This document shows positions 28,937-37,838 of a DNA stretch of 38,265 bases, in pieces. Both the position numbers and the translations under genes were made by a program. The stretch is from Salmonella phage S147_CPL00262. Within the stretch, counting starts at the first letter, position 1, and every line of letters begins with the position of its first letter. The stretch lies in sequence record OR896839.1, one strand, 5' to 3'. The notes under the pieces are model-generated. The model had not been told where the DNA came from, searched no databases, and was given only the letters and a program-made list of their open reading frames with translations.

Positions 28937-31180
28937 ATGGCTAGTAAACTAAATAGTGTTTTAGGCAACATGGCGACTCCCGGTATGGAACGACTCCGGG
29001 GCGTCAAAGGTATGGACTACCGGGCAGCAACCATTCAGGCTGAGCAACCAAGAGCGAGTCTTCTGGACTCCATTGGTCGATTCGCTAAGGCTGGTGCCGA
29101 TATGTACATGGCGAAAGATGAACGTGATAAGCAACGAGCCGATGAGCGCTCCAACGAGATTATCCGTAAGCTGACCCCTGAGCAGCGCCGACAGGCTATC
29201 CAGAATGGTACACTGCTGTATCAGGATGACCCATACGCAATGCAAGCCTTGAAGTTCAAGACCGGGCGTAACGCTGCGTTCCTCGTTGACGATGAGGTTC
29301 AACAGGCCATCAAAGAGGGTCGCTTCCGTACTCGTGAAGAGATGGAGCAGTATCGTCACTCACGCTTACAGGAGCACTCGAAGTCGTTCGCTGAGCAGTT
29401 CGGCATCAATGAGATGGACGAGGAATACCAGAAGGGTTTCAATGCAAACATCACCGAGCGTAACATTGCTCTGTATGGGGCACACGATACCTTCCTGAGT
29501 GACCAAGCGCAGAAGGGTGCAATCCTGAACTCGAAGGTTGAACTCAATGGTGTTCTGTCTGACCCTGACCTACTGTCTCGTCCTGAGTCCGGTGAGTTCT
29601 TCCAGAACTACATCGACAACTCCTTGGTGACAGGGATGACCGACAATCAGGCTCAACAGGTTATCTCTTCGTCCCTGAATGACGTGCTACAGCGTCCGGG
29701 TGGTGCCGCCTTCTTGCAGAACATTGAGAACCGCAAGGTGACTCTTAATGGCGCTACGACTACCTATCGTGAACTGATGGGTGATGAGCAGTGGCAGGCA
29801 ATGATGATTAAGGCACAGCACACTCAATTCCAGAACAACGCGAAGTTAACCGAGAAGTTCCGACTGGATATTAACTCAGCGCTTAACCAAGCGGACACTG
29901 GTAAAGGTTGGGAGACTCTTCAAGGCATCAAGGCCGAACTCGATAAGATTCAGCCGGGTGAAGAGATGACTCCTGAGCGTGAGTGGCTGATTTCCGCACA
30001 GGAACAGATGCGCACCCGCTTCAAGCAGGAACAAGCCGAGACAGCCAAGCTGATGGACAAGCAACAGAAGACCCTGAATAAATCTTTGGTCATCGACAAG
30101 CAGTTCCAGAAGCGCCTCAACGGTGAATACGTCTCGACCAACTATAAGGACATGCCGACCAACGAGAACACTGGTGAGTTTACACATAGCGATATGGTCA
30201 ACTACGCGAACCAGAAGTTAGCGGAAATCGAAGCGATGGACTTAACGCCAGAACAGAAAGACAAACTGAAATTGGACTACCTACGGGCAGACTCCAAGGA
30301 GGGTGCTTTCCGTGCAGCGTTTGGTGAGATGATTACTGATGCTGGAAACGAATGGCAGGCTGCGGTGATTAACGGTAAGATGCCTGATAGCACACCAGCG
30401 ATGGACAACCTTCGTCGCATCCGCAACACTGACCCTGACCTGATTGCCTCTTTGTATCCTGACAAGGCCGAGTTGTTCCTGACTATGGACATGTTGGATA
30501 ACCAAGGCATCGACACGCAGGTTCTTATCGACGCTGATAAGGCCCGCGCACAGAAGACCAAGGAGATGCAGTTTGAGGATGACCGAGCGTGGGCTGCTAT
30601 GATGAACGATTCAACGAATCCTCAAATCAAGTACATGCCTTCGAGTGTCCAAGGGTATGCCCGGAAGATTTATGATTCCGTGAAGTACCGGACAGGGAAC
30701 CCTGACATGGCAACCGAACAGGTCGCAAAGTTCCTCTCCGATTCGACGACCACGTTCTCCAGTAGCGATGTTGAGGGTGATACCTACGGCGTCCTACCGA
30801 AGAACATCCTGACTGTTTCGGATGACCCTAAGTCGTGGGAGCAAGGGAAGAACATTCTGGACGAAGCCATTAAGGGAATCACAGCGGCGAACCCTTGGAT
30901 TACCAACAAGCAACTGTCGGTGTACCAGCAAGGTGATTCAATCTACCTGATGGACACAACCGGACAGGTTCGCATTCGGTATGACCAAGAGTTGCTCCAG
31001 CGTGAGTATCAGCGCACCGCACAGATGCAAGCTGAGGCAGCACGAGAGAAAGCCCTCAAAGAGGCCAACAAGCGTGCCCCAATCAGTCGTGTATCACAGG
31101 CGCGCGAAGAAGCGCGTAAACGTGTCCAAGAGAAACGGAAGAAGACTCCGAAGTACATCTATGGACGTAAAGAAGACTAA
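28937..31180 (+). CDS. 15: Internal virion (core) protein gp15
   Basis: 747-aa ORF in the position of T7 gp15; SD GGGAGG. Confidence 0.9.
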   Translation: MASKLNSVLGNMATPGMERLRGVKGMDYRAATIQAEQPRASLLDSIGRFAKAGADMYMAKDERDKQRADERSNEIIRKLTPEQRRQAIQNGTLLYQDDPYAMQALKFKTGRNAAFLVDDEVQQAIKEGRFRTREEMEQYRHSRLQEHSKSFAEQFGINEMDEEYQKGFNANITERNIALYGAHDTFLSDQAQKGAILNSKVELNGVLSDPDLLSRPESGEFFQNYIDNSLVTGMTDNQAQQVISSSLNDVLQRPGGAAFLQNIENRKVTLNGATTTYRELMGDEQWQAMMIKAQHTQFQNNAKLTEKFRLDINSALNQADTGKGWETLQGIKAELDKIQPGEEMTPEREWLISAQEQMRTRFKQEQAETAKLMDKQQKTLNKSLVIDKQFQKRLNGEYVSTNYKDMPTNENTGEFTHSDMVNYANQKLAEIEAMDLTPEQKDKLKLDYLRADSKEGAFRAAFGEMITDAGNEWQAAVINGKMPDSTPAMDNLRRIRNTDPDLIASLYPDKAELFLTMDMLDNQGIDTQVLIDADKARAQKTKEMQFEDDRAWAAMMNDSTNPQIKYMPSSVQGYARKIYDSVKYRTGNPDMATEQVAKFLSDSTTTFSSSDVEGDTYGVLPKNILTVSDDPKSWEQGKNILDEAIKGITAANPWITNKQLSVYQQGDSIYLMDTTGQVRIRYDQELLQREYQRTAQMQAEAAREKALKEANKRAPISRVSQAREEARKRVQEKRKKTPKYIYGRKED

Positions 31181-31198
31181 CAGTGATAAGGAGGCTCC

Positions 31199-34100
31199 AT
31201 GAGCTACGATAAGAACAAACCTAGCGAGTTCGATGGGTTATTTCAAAAAGCGGCAGACAATCATGGGGTCTCCTATGACCTGCTTCGTAAATTAGCATTC
31301 AACGAATCCAGTTTTAATCCAAAGGCCAAATCCCCAACTGGCCCGAAGGGTCTCATGCAGTTCACCAAAGGTACAGCCACTGCGCTTGGCCTAAAGGTTA
31401 CTGACGACGATGACGATGACCGTTACAACCCTGAGTTGGCTGTGGATGCAGCCGCTCGTCACCTGAGTGACCTCATTCGGAAGTACGATGGGGATGAACT
31501 CAAAGCTGCCTTGGCATATAATCAGGGCGAGGGGCGCAACGGTGCTCCACAGATACAGGCTTATGACAAAGGCGATTGGGCTTCAATCTCTGAGGAAGGT
31601 CGTAACTATATGCGTAACCTGATGGACGTAGCTAACAGTCCTCGCAAGGGGGACTTGGAGGCGTTCGGCGGCATCACCCCAAAGGCTAAGGGCATTCCAT
31701 CGGGGGATGCATTTGCTGGAATCGGGAAGAAGCAGACGGTAGGAACTGACCTGCCGGAGTCAACTGGATTCAAAGTGGAGGGTAAAGAGCAGAAAGCACC
31801 TAACGTGCCGTATGCTAAGGATTTTTGGGAAAAGACTGGAACAACACTGGACGAGTTTAATTCTCGTTCAACCTTCTTCGGAATCGGAGATGCCACAAGT
31901 GCAGAACTTCACAACTCCGTATTGGGTGTGGCTTTTCGCGCTGCTCGTAGTGATGACGGTTTTGATTTATTCAAGGACACCATTACGCCGACTCGCTGGA
32001 ACAGCCATACGTGGACTCCAGAAGAGTTAGAGCGCATCCGTAAGGAAGTGAAGAACCCATCGTACATCAACGTAGTCACTGGAGGCTCTCCTGAGAATCT
32101 GGACGCCCTCATTAAGATGGCGAATGACAACTACGAGATGGACGCGCGGTCTGCCGATGCTGGTGTTGGTGCCAAACTTACTGCTGGTATCGTCGGTGCT
32201 GGTGTAGACCCGCTGAGTTACGTGCCGCTAGTAGGCGTAACCGGGAAGGGTCTCAAGGTGGTTAACAAGGCTTTCATTGTTGGTACTCAAAGTGCTGGCC
32301 TCGCTGTTGCCTCTGAGGGTATCCGTACATCAATTGCTGGTGGAGAAGCCCACTATGCTGATGCTGCTTTAGGCGGTCTGATGTTCGGTGCCGGGATGAG
32401 TGCAATCAGTGACGCTATCGCCGCTGGTATTCGCCGTTCCCGTGGGACTGAGGTCGTTAATGATTTCGCTCCTATGGCACACCGCTTGGAAGCCCGTGAG
32501 ACCGCTCTGAACACTGGTGGGGAAGACCTGACCCGTATGCCTAGCGAGAACCGTGTGTTCGACCGTGAGCACGCTGGCGTTGAGTATTCACCTCTGGAGA
32601 CAGAGCCGGGTGCCGTTGTGTTGCCTCAAGGTCAAATCCTGAGCGACACCAACCCGTTGAACCCTCAGACTCTTAGCGAGTTCGAGGCGGTCAACCCTGA
32701 GCGTGCCTCTCGTGGTATCTCTTTGGGCGGCTTCACTGAGATTGGCTTGAAGACTCTCCGCTCTGAGAACCCGACTGTTCGCTCCATTGCGAGTGACCTT
32801 GTGCGTTCTCCAACAGGGATGGAATCAGGCTCTAATGGTAAGTTCGGTGCGACTGCTTCTGACATTAAGGAGCGGCTCCACGCGAACAATCAGCGCACCT
32901 ACAATCAGCTTTATGATGCTGTGCGTACTGCAATGAAAGACCCTGAGTTCTCCACAGGTGGGGCAACAATGAGCCGTAAGGAAATCCGACAGGAAATCTA
33001 CAAGCGTGCAGCCTTGGCGATTGAGCGACCTGAGCTTCAAGCAAACCTGACAAAGGGTGAGCGGAACGTGATGAACATCCTCAAGCAACACTTTGACCTC
33101 AAACGTGAAATCATGGAGAACCCGTCAATCTTCGGCAACACCAAGGCGGTCAGTATCTTCCCCGGCTCACGCCACAAGGGAACCTACGTGCCAAACGTGT
33201 ACGACCGCGCTATCAAGATTGAGATGGTTAAACGTTACGGTAATGATGGCTTGCAGCGAGCAATCGCGGAGTCATGGTTGACGTCTTATCGTGCTCGTCC
33301 AGAAGTCAAGGCGAGGGTCGATGAGTACCTGATGGAACTTAACGGTCTCAAATCCGTGCAGGAAGTTACGCCTGAGATGGTGCAGAAGCACGCGATGGAT
33401 AAGGCGTATGGTATTTCACACACTGACCAGTTCTCTGCCTCCTCTGTCATTGAGGATAACATTGAGGGTCTGGTGGGTATCGAGAACAACAACTTCTTGG
33501 AAGCCCGTAACATGTTCGACAGTGACATGGCGGTGACTCTCCCTGATGGTAACACGTTCTCTGTGAATGACCTGCGTACCTATGACATGGCTGAAATTCT
33601 GCCTGCATACGACCGACGAGTAGATGGTGATGTTGCAATCATGGGCGGTTCCGGTAAGACTACCAAAGACCTGAAAGATGAAATCATGGCGCTGGATAAG
33701 CAGTCAGAGGGTAACGGCACACTGAAAGGTGAAGTGGAAGCTCTCAAGGATACCGTGAAGATTCTGACTGGTCGTGCTCGTAGGAACCCGGAAGGCGCTT
33801 GGGGTACAGCCCTGCGCTCCGTAAATGACCTCACGTTCTTTGCTAAGAACGCCTATATGGGCGCACAGAACGTTACTGAAATCGCTGGTATGCTGGCGAA
33901 GGGTAACGTCTCTGCGATAACTCATGGCATCCCTATGATTAACGATTGGGTCAACCGTGGTAAACCGCTTCGTGCCTCTGAGATTAAGGAGATACACGGG
34001 ATGGTGTTCGGTAAGGAACTAGACCAACTAATCCGTCCGGGACGTGAAGACCACGTGCGCCGACTCCGGGAGTCTACGGACACCAGCGCTGCGGTTGCCA

Positions 34101-35161
34101 ATGTGGTCGGTACGATTCGTTTCGGCACTCAAGAGTTGGCTGCACGTTCTCCTTGGACAATGCTCCTAAACGGAACATCAAACTACATTCTTGATGCTGC
34201 CCGTCAGGGTGTGCTTGGGGATGTGGCTGGAGCGGCCCTTGCTGGGAAAGCCTCTAAGTTCGGTAAGGCAAACTACCTTAAGTCTGCCTCTATCAGCCCT
34301 GAGCAGTGGAATGGAATCAAGCAGTTGTTCAGAGACCATGCGACTCGTGGAGAAGACGGTAAGTTCACCATTCGTGACAAACAGGCTTTCGCTAACGACC
34401 CACGTTCAATGGACTTGTGGCGACTGGCTGATAAGGTGGCGGATGAGACTATACTGCGACCTCACAAGGTTTCCTCACAGGACTCCAAAGCGTTCGGTGC
34501 AGGGGTGAAGATGGTGATGCAGTTTAAGAACTTCGTCATCAAGTCCCTTAACTCCCGGTTCGTCCGTAGCTTCTACGAGGCAACTAAGAACAACCGTGCG
34601 TTAGACCAAGCGTTGACTCATATCATCTCTTTGGGTCTAGCTGGTGGTTACTACGTTGCGCAGGCGCACCTTAAGGCCGCAAGCCTACAGGAGCACAAAC
34701 GTAAGGAGTACCTCAAGAACGCCCTTGACCCTAAGATGATTGCTCATGCATCAATCTCTCGTAGTTCACACTTAGGCTCACCATTGAGTATCTACGACAT
34801 GTTCGCTGGGATGGTTGGTAGCGATACCTATAAGTACACCCGCTCTACTGTACTCCCTAAAGAGTCCGAGAAGCGCGACCCTAACAAGGCAGTGACAGGT
34901 AGACAGGTGGCTTCAACTATCGCAGGTGCAATTGGTGAGCAGGTTCCGGGTTTAGGTTTTGTTGGCTCTGTGGGTGCAACAGCTATTAACGCCGCTTCCC
35001 TGCTGTCTTCTCCAAACAAGGCTACCGCTCTGGAGTTCCGTACAGGACTCTTCAACACCTCTCGTGAGTTGATTCCTAATGACCCGCTATCGCAGCAACT
35101 CATTATGAAAATCTACGAGGCCAACGGTATCCGCATAAAGGAGACGCCGAAGAAACAATAA
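31199..35161 (+). CDS. 16: Internal virion (core) protein gp16 with N-terminal lytic transglycosylase domain
   Basis: 1320-aa ORF; N-terminal SLT-like motif ...AFNESSFNPKAKSPTGPKGLMQFTKGTA... Confidence 0.93.
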   Translation: MSYDKNKPSEFDGLFQKAADNHGVSYDLLRKLAFNESSFNPKAKSPTGPKGLMQFTKGTATALGLKVTDDDDDDRYNPELAVDAAARHLSDLIRKYDGDELKAALAYNQGEGRNGAPQIQAYDKGDWASISEEGRNYMRNLMDVANSPRKGDLEAFGGITPKAKGIPSGDAFAGIGKKQTVGTDLPESTGFKVEGKEQKAPNVPYAKDFWEKTGTTLDEFNSRSTFFGIGDATSAELHNSVLGVAFRAARSDDGFDLFKDTITPTRWNSHTWTPEELERIRKEVKNPSYINVVTGGSPENLDALIKMANDNYEMDARSADAGVGAKLTAGIVGAGVDPLSYVPLVGVTGKGLKVVNKAFIVGTQSAGLAVASEGIRTSIAGGEAHYADAALGGLMFGAGMSAISDAIAAGIRRSRGTEVVNDFAPMAHRLEARETALNTGGEDLTRMPSENRVFDREHAGVEYSPLETEPGAVVLPQGQILSDTNPLNPQTLSEFEAVNPERASRGISLGGFTEIGLKTLRSENPTVRSIASDLVRSPTGMESGSNGKFGATASDIKERLHANNQRTYNQLYDAVRTAMKDPEFSTGGATMSRKEIRQEIYKRAALAIERPELQANLTKGERNVMNILKQHFDLKREIMENPSIFGNTKAVSIFPGSRHKGTYVPNVYDRAIKIEMVKRYGNDGLQRAIAESWLTSYRARPEVKARVDEYLMELNGLKSVQEVTPEMVQKHAMDKAYGISHTDQFSASSVIEDNIEGLVGIENNNFLEARNMFDSDMAVTLPDGNTFSVNDLRTYDMAEILPAYDRRVDGDVAIMGGSGKTTKDLKDEIMALDKQSEGNGTLKGEVEALKDTVKILTGRARRNPEGAWGTALRSVNDLTFFAKNAYMGAQNVTEIAGMLAKGNVSAITHGIPMINDWVNRGKPLRASEIKEIHGMVFGKELDQLIRPGREDHVRRLRESTDTSAAVANVVGTIRFGTQELAARSPWTMLLNGTSNYILDAARQGVLGDVAGAALAGKASKFGKANYLKSASISPEQWNGIKQLFRDHATRGEDGKFTIRDKQAFANDPRSMDLWRLADKVADETILRPHKVSSQDSKAFGAGVKMVMQFKNFVIKSLNSRFVRSFYEATKNNRALDQALTHIISLGLAGGYYVAQAHLKAASLQEHKRKEYLKNALDPKMIAHASISRSSHLGSPLSIYDMFAGMVGSDTYKYTRSTVLPKESEKRDPNKAVTGRQVASTIAGAIGEQVPGLGFVGSVGATAINAASLLSSPNKATALEFRTGLFNTSRELIPNDPLSQQLIMKIYEANGIRIKETPKKQ

Positions 35162-35181
35162 ACCCTCACTAAAGGGAGAGA
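35157..35181 (+). promoter_or_regulatory. T3-type phage RNAP promoter (phi17-equivalent)
   Basis: AATAAACCCTCACTAAAGGGAGAGA overlapping the gene 16 stop. Confidence 0.8.
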
Positions 35182-35230
35182 GGTCACATTCTGGCCTCTT
35201 CTCTTAATGTTAATTTACAAAGGAGGTCAC

Positions 35231-36838
35231 ATGGCTACAAATATTAAGACCGTGATGACTTACCCGCTGGATGGCTCCACTACGGACTTTAATATTCCGT
35301 TTGAGTATCTGGCTCGTAAGTTCGTCCGAGTGACCCTTATCGGTGTTGACCGAAAGGAACTCATCTTGAATCAAGACTATCGTTTTGCAACTAAGACCAC
35401 AATCTCCACAACGAGAGCATTGGGGCCAGCGGACGGTTATAACCTTATCGAGATTCGTCGGTACACCTCAGCGACTGAACGTCTGGTTGACTTTACGGAT
35501 GGCTCAATCCTCCGTGCGTATGACCTGAACATCTCACAGGTGCAGACCCTCCACGTTGCTGAGGAAGCGCGTGACCTTACCGCTGATACGATTGGCGTTA
35601 ACAACGATGGTGACTTGGATGCTCGTGGTCGTCGTATTGTGAACGTTGCGGACGCTAAAGACCCCGGTGATGCAATAACTTTAGGTCAAGTCTCTCGGTG
35701 GAATGCGTCGGCCCTGAACTCTGCGAATGCTGCGGCTGCGTCTCAACAGGCCGCTAAGACCTCAGAGAACAACTCGAAGGTATCTGAGAACAACGCAAAG
35801 ACCTCCGAGAACAACGCGCATCAATGGGCGCAGCGTGCAGAGGACTCTCCGGTTCAGGGTAGCGAGTTCTCTGCGTATCACTATTCACGGAAGGCCTCCA
35901 AGAGTGCTGCCGCCGCAAGTACGTCTGAGGGGAATGCAAAGACCTCTGAGAACAACGCAAAGACCTCCGAGAACAACGCAAAGACTTCTGAGAACAACGC
36001 AAAGACTTCTGAGAACAACGCCGCTACCAGTGCTGCAACCGCTATCGCTGAGGCCGCCAAGTTGACAAACATGAATGATTTTGCGACTACCATCAAGGCT
36101 GTTAACACAGCTACCTACTCGGTTTCGTGGAAAGGTGATGGTATGTTTGACGGCTCGGTCACTGCTGGCAAGGGACTCACAGTGTCTAATGGTGACGTCG
36201 TCATTAACCAAGGAGCGGGTAACTGGGTTCTCCTGAATGGGCACACAGCAGTTGGCGTTAACTACACATCCAACGGCATTCGTACAACTAACCGCCTCAA
36301 CCAGCGTGTGGATGACTACACATGGGAAGCGACGGGGCAGTATTTTGCCAAAGTAGTCCACGTATACCAAGCAGGCAGTCAAACAGTTCCAGAGTTCTTC
36401 TACGAGTTCCGAAACAATGGTACTATGCAGTTGGGCCAAGTTAGGGCGATTGGTGGAGATGAATCCTACTTCCAGCACAACGTTAATATCCAGTGGGGTG
36501 GACGCGGCGCACGTTATCAGGAAAATGGTGACATTGTATCTATACAGGGGGATGCGTCCATCTTCCGAGAATTTGGAGGAACACTTAGTGGTACAATTAA
36601 CTGGCTTAAGAATGTTAACATTCAGGACGTTTGGTTAGGTGGTCAGGAGTGGTGGGGTTCTTTCCGTGGCAACGGGAATAGCCGAACTGACTGGGCATTG
36701 GGCGGAGGCTCAGTGTGTACTGGCGTGACTCAGGATATGACCGCAGGTGAGCGTAATGCTTGGATTGATGGTATATTCCATCGTAAGGTCTGGATTCGTT
36801 ATGGCTCTGGGCAGCAGCGAATCATTGCTTCTGTTTAA
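35231..36838 (+). CDS. 17: Tail fiber protein, gene 17
   Basis: 535 aa from the ATG with SD AAAGGAGG; N-terminal ~150 aa match the conserved T7/T3 fiber virion-attachment domain (MATNIKTVMTYPLDGSTTDFNIPFEYLARKFV...) as recalled; central heptad repeats; distal domain not recognised. Confidence 0.93.
   Translation: MATNIKTVMTYPLDGSTTDFNIPFEYLARKFVRVTLIGVDRKELILNQDYRFATKTTISTTRALGPADGYNLIEIRRYTSATERLVDFTDGSILRAYDLNISQVQTLHVAEEARDLTADTIGVNNDGDLDARGRRIVNVADAKDPGDAITLGQVSRWNASALNSANAAAASQQAAKTSENNSKVSENNAKTSENNAHQWAQRAEDSPVQGSEFSAYHYSRKASKSAAAASTSEGNAKTSENNAKTSENNAKTSENNAKTSENNAATSAATAIAEAAKLTNMNDFATTIKAVNTATYSVSWKGDGMFDGSVTAGKGLTVSNGDVVINQGAGNWVLLNGHTAVGVNYTSNGIRTTNRLNQRVDDYTWEATGQYFAKVVHVYQAGSQTVPEFFYEFRNNGTMQLGQVRAIGGDESYFQHNVNIQWGGRGARYQENGDIVSIQGDASIFREFGGTLSGTINWLKNVNIQDVWLGGQEWWGSFRGNGNSRTDWALGGGSVCTGVTQDMTAGERNAWIDGIFHRKVWIRYGSGQQRIIASV
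35752..35814 (+). repeat. Three tandem 21-bp repeats encoding AKTSENN / SKVSENN heptads
   Basis: GCTAAGACCTCAGAGAACAAC / TCGAAGGTATCTGAGAACAAC / GCAAAGACCTCCGAGAACAAC. Confidence 0.85.
35936..36019 (+). repeat. Four perfect tandem 21-bp repeats encoding (AKTSENN)x4
   Basis: GCAAAGAC(C/T)TC(T/C)GAGAACAAC x4, differing only at synonymous positions; preceded by a degenerate copy. Confidence 0.9.
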
Positions 36839-36848
36839 GGAGAACAAT

Positions 36849-37235
36849 ATGGTTAAGTATGAAAACTGGAAGTGGACTAACGGTGAACAAGTAGGGACTG
36901 ATCGTTATATCGCCGAGATTAACATTGGGGAACTCTCTTGGTACGACCTGACGGAAGACTTGGATAAGCAAGGAGAACGTGTTGTCGTCGGTGTGTCCAG
37001 CGATGGAAGCGTCAACTGGTTCACCGATGGTCGGGTATCAGGTGTTCACGCCCCGTCTGATGGGACAAGTGTTGTTGTGGTTGATAGCGTCCCGTTCACT
37101 CAGGAGGACTATCGACACTTCATCTTGGTGGGCAATGAGTTCCAGCGTAAGGAAAGTACATTAACTCCGCGCACTAAGGAAGACATCATGGCTGACTTAA
37201 TTAAACTTCAAGAGGAACTGAAAGCTATGGCATAG
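36849..37235 (+). CDS. Hypothetical protein (128 aa) between tail fiber and holin; function unknown
   Basis: ORF MVKYENWKWTNGEQVGTDRYIAEINIGELSWYDL... with SD AAGGAGA 7 nt upstream, immediately after the gene 17 stop; the T7 gene order as recalled has no counterpart here. Confidence 0.7.
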   Translation: MVKYENWKWTNGEQVGTDRYIAEINIGELSWYDLTEDLDKQGERVVVGVSSDGSVNWFTDGRVSGVHAPSDGTSVVVVDSVPFTQEDYRHFILVGNEFQRKESTLTPRTKEDIMADLIKLQEELKAMA

Positions 37236-37275
37236 CGATAAAGAACAAGGATGTTCACACATAAGGAGAACAAGA

Positions 37276-37479
37276 ATGTTATCTTTTGACTTCAATAACG
37301 AGGTCGTTAAGGCTGCGCCGATTGTTGGCACAGGGGTCGCTGATGGTGCGGCCCGACTCTTTTGGGGACTATCGTTAAACGAATGGTTCTACGTTGCAGC
37401 TATCGCCTACACAGTGGTTCAGATTGGTGCCAAGGTAGTCGATAAGATGATTGACTGGAAACGTGCAAATAAGGAGTAA
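37276..37479 (+). CDS. 17.5: Holin, gene 17.5
   Basis: 67-aa ORF with a central hydrophobic segment and charged C-terminus; same length as T7 gp17.5; SD AAGGAGA. Confidence 0.85.
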   Translation: MLSFDFNNEVVKAAPIVGTGVADGAARLFWGLSLNEWFYVAAIAYTVVQIGAKVVDKMIDWKRANKE

Positions 37480-37482
37480 CCT

Positions 37483-37749
37483 ATGAGCGACAAGACTTTA
37501 ATCAAGCTGCTGGAGATGCTGGACACGGAGATGGCACAGCGTATGCTTGCTGACCTCCAGAGCGAGGAACGACGAACGCCGCAGCTTTACAACGCAATCG
37601 GCAAACTGTTAGACCGCCATAAGTTCCAAATCAGTAAGCTGACCCCGGATGAGAACATCCTTGGCGGTCTCGCGGCTGGTCTGGAAGACTACAACAAAGT
37701 GGTCGGCCCTAATGGTCTGACTGACGATGAGACTATCACGCTACAGTAA
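37483..37749 (+). CDS. 18: Terminase small subunit (DNA maturase A), gene 18
   Basis: 88-aa ORF in the position of T7 gp18. Confidence 0.88.
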   Translation: MSDKTLIKLLEMLDTEMAQRMLADLQSEERRTPQLYNAIGKLLDRHKFQISKLTPDENILGGLAAGLEDYNKVVGPNGLTDDETITLQ

Positions 37750-37754
37750 GTGAC

Positions 37755-37792
37755 ATACTCAAGGTTCTCCACGCGGGGAGCCTTTATGGATG
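37755..37792 (+). promoter_or_regulatory. Putative RNase III processing hairpin (R18.5-equivalent)
   Basis: ACTCAAGGTTCTCCACGCGGGGAGCCTTTATGGAT motif. Confidence 0.5.
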
Positions 37793-37838
37793 TTATTTGG
37801 TGCATCTATGTGAAATCTGAAAATTGATGGGAGGTGTT

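Noticed and set aside
35727-36478. Repetitive ORFs on both strands across the tail fiber repeat block (for example 35727..36065 +, 35754..36002 -, 35881..36108 -, 35885..36478 -)
   Set aside because: These are the 21-bp tandem repeats of gene 17 read in other frames; the + frame of gene 17 is continuous with the conserved N-terminal fiber domain.
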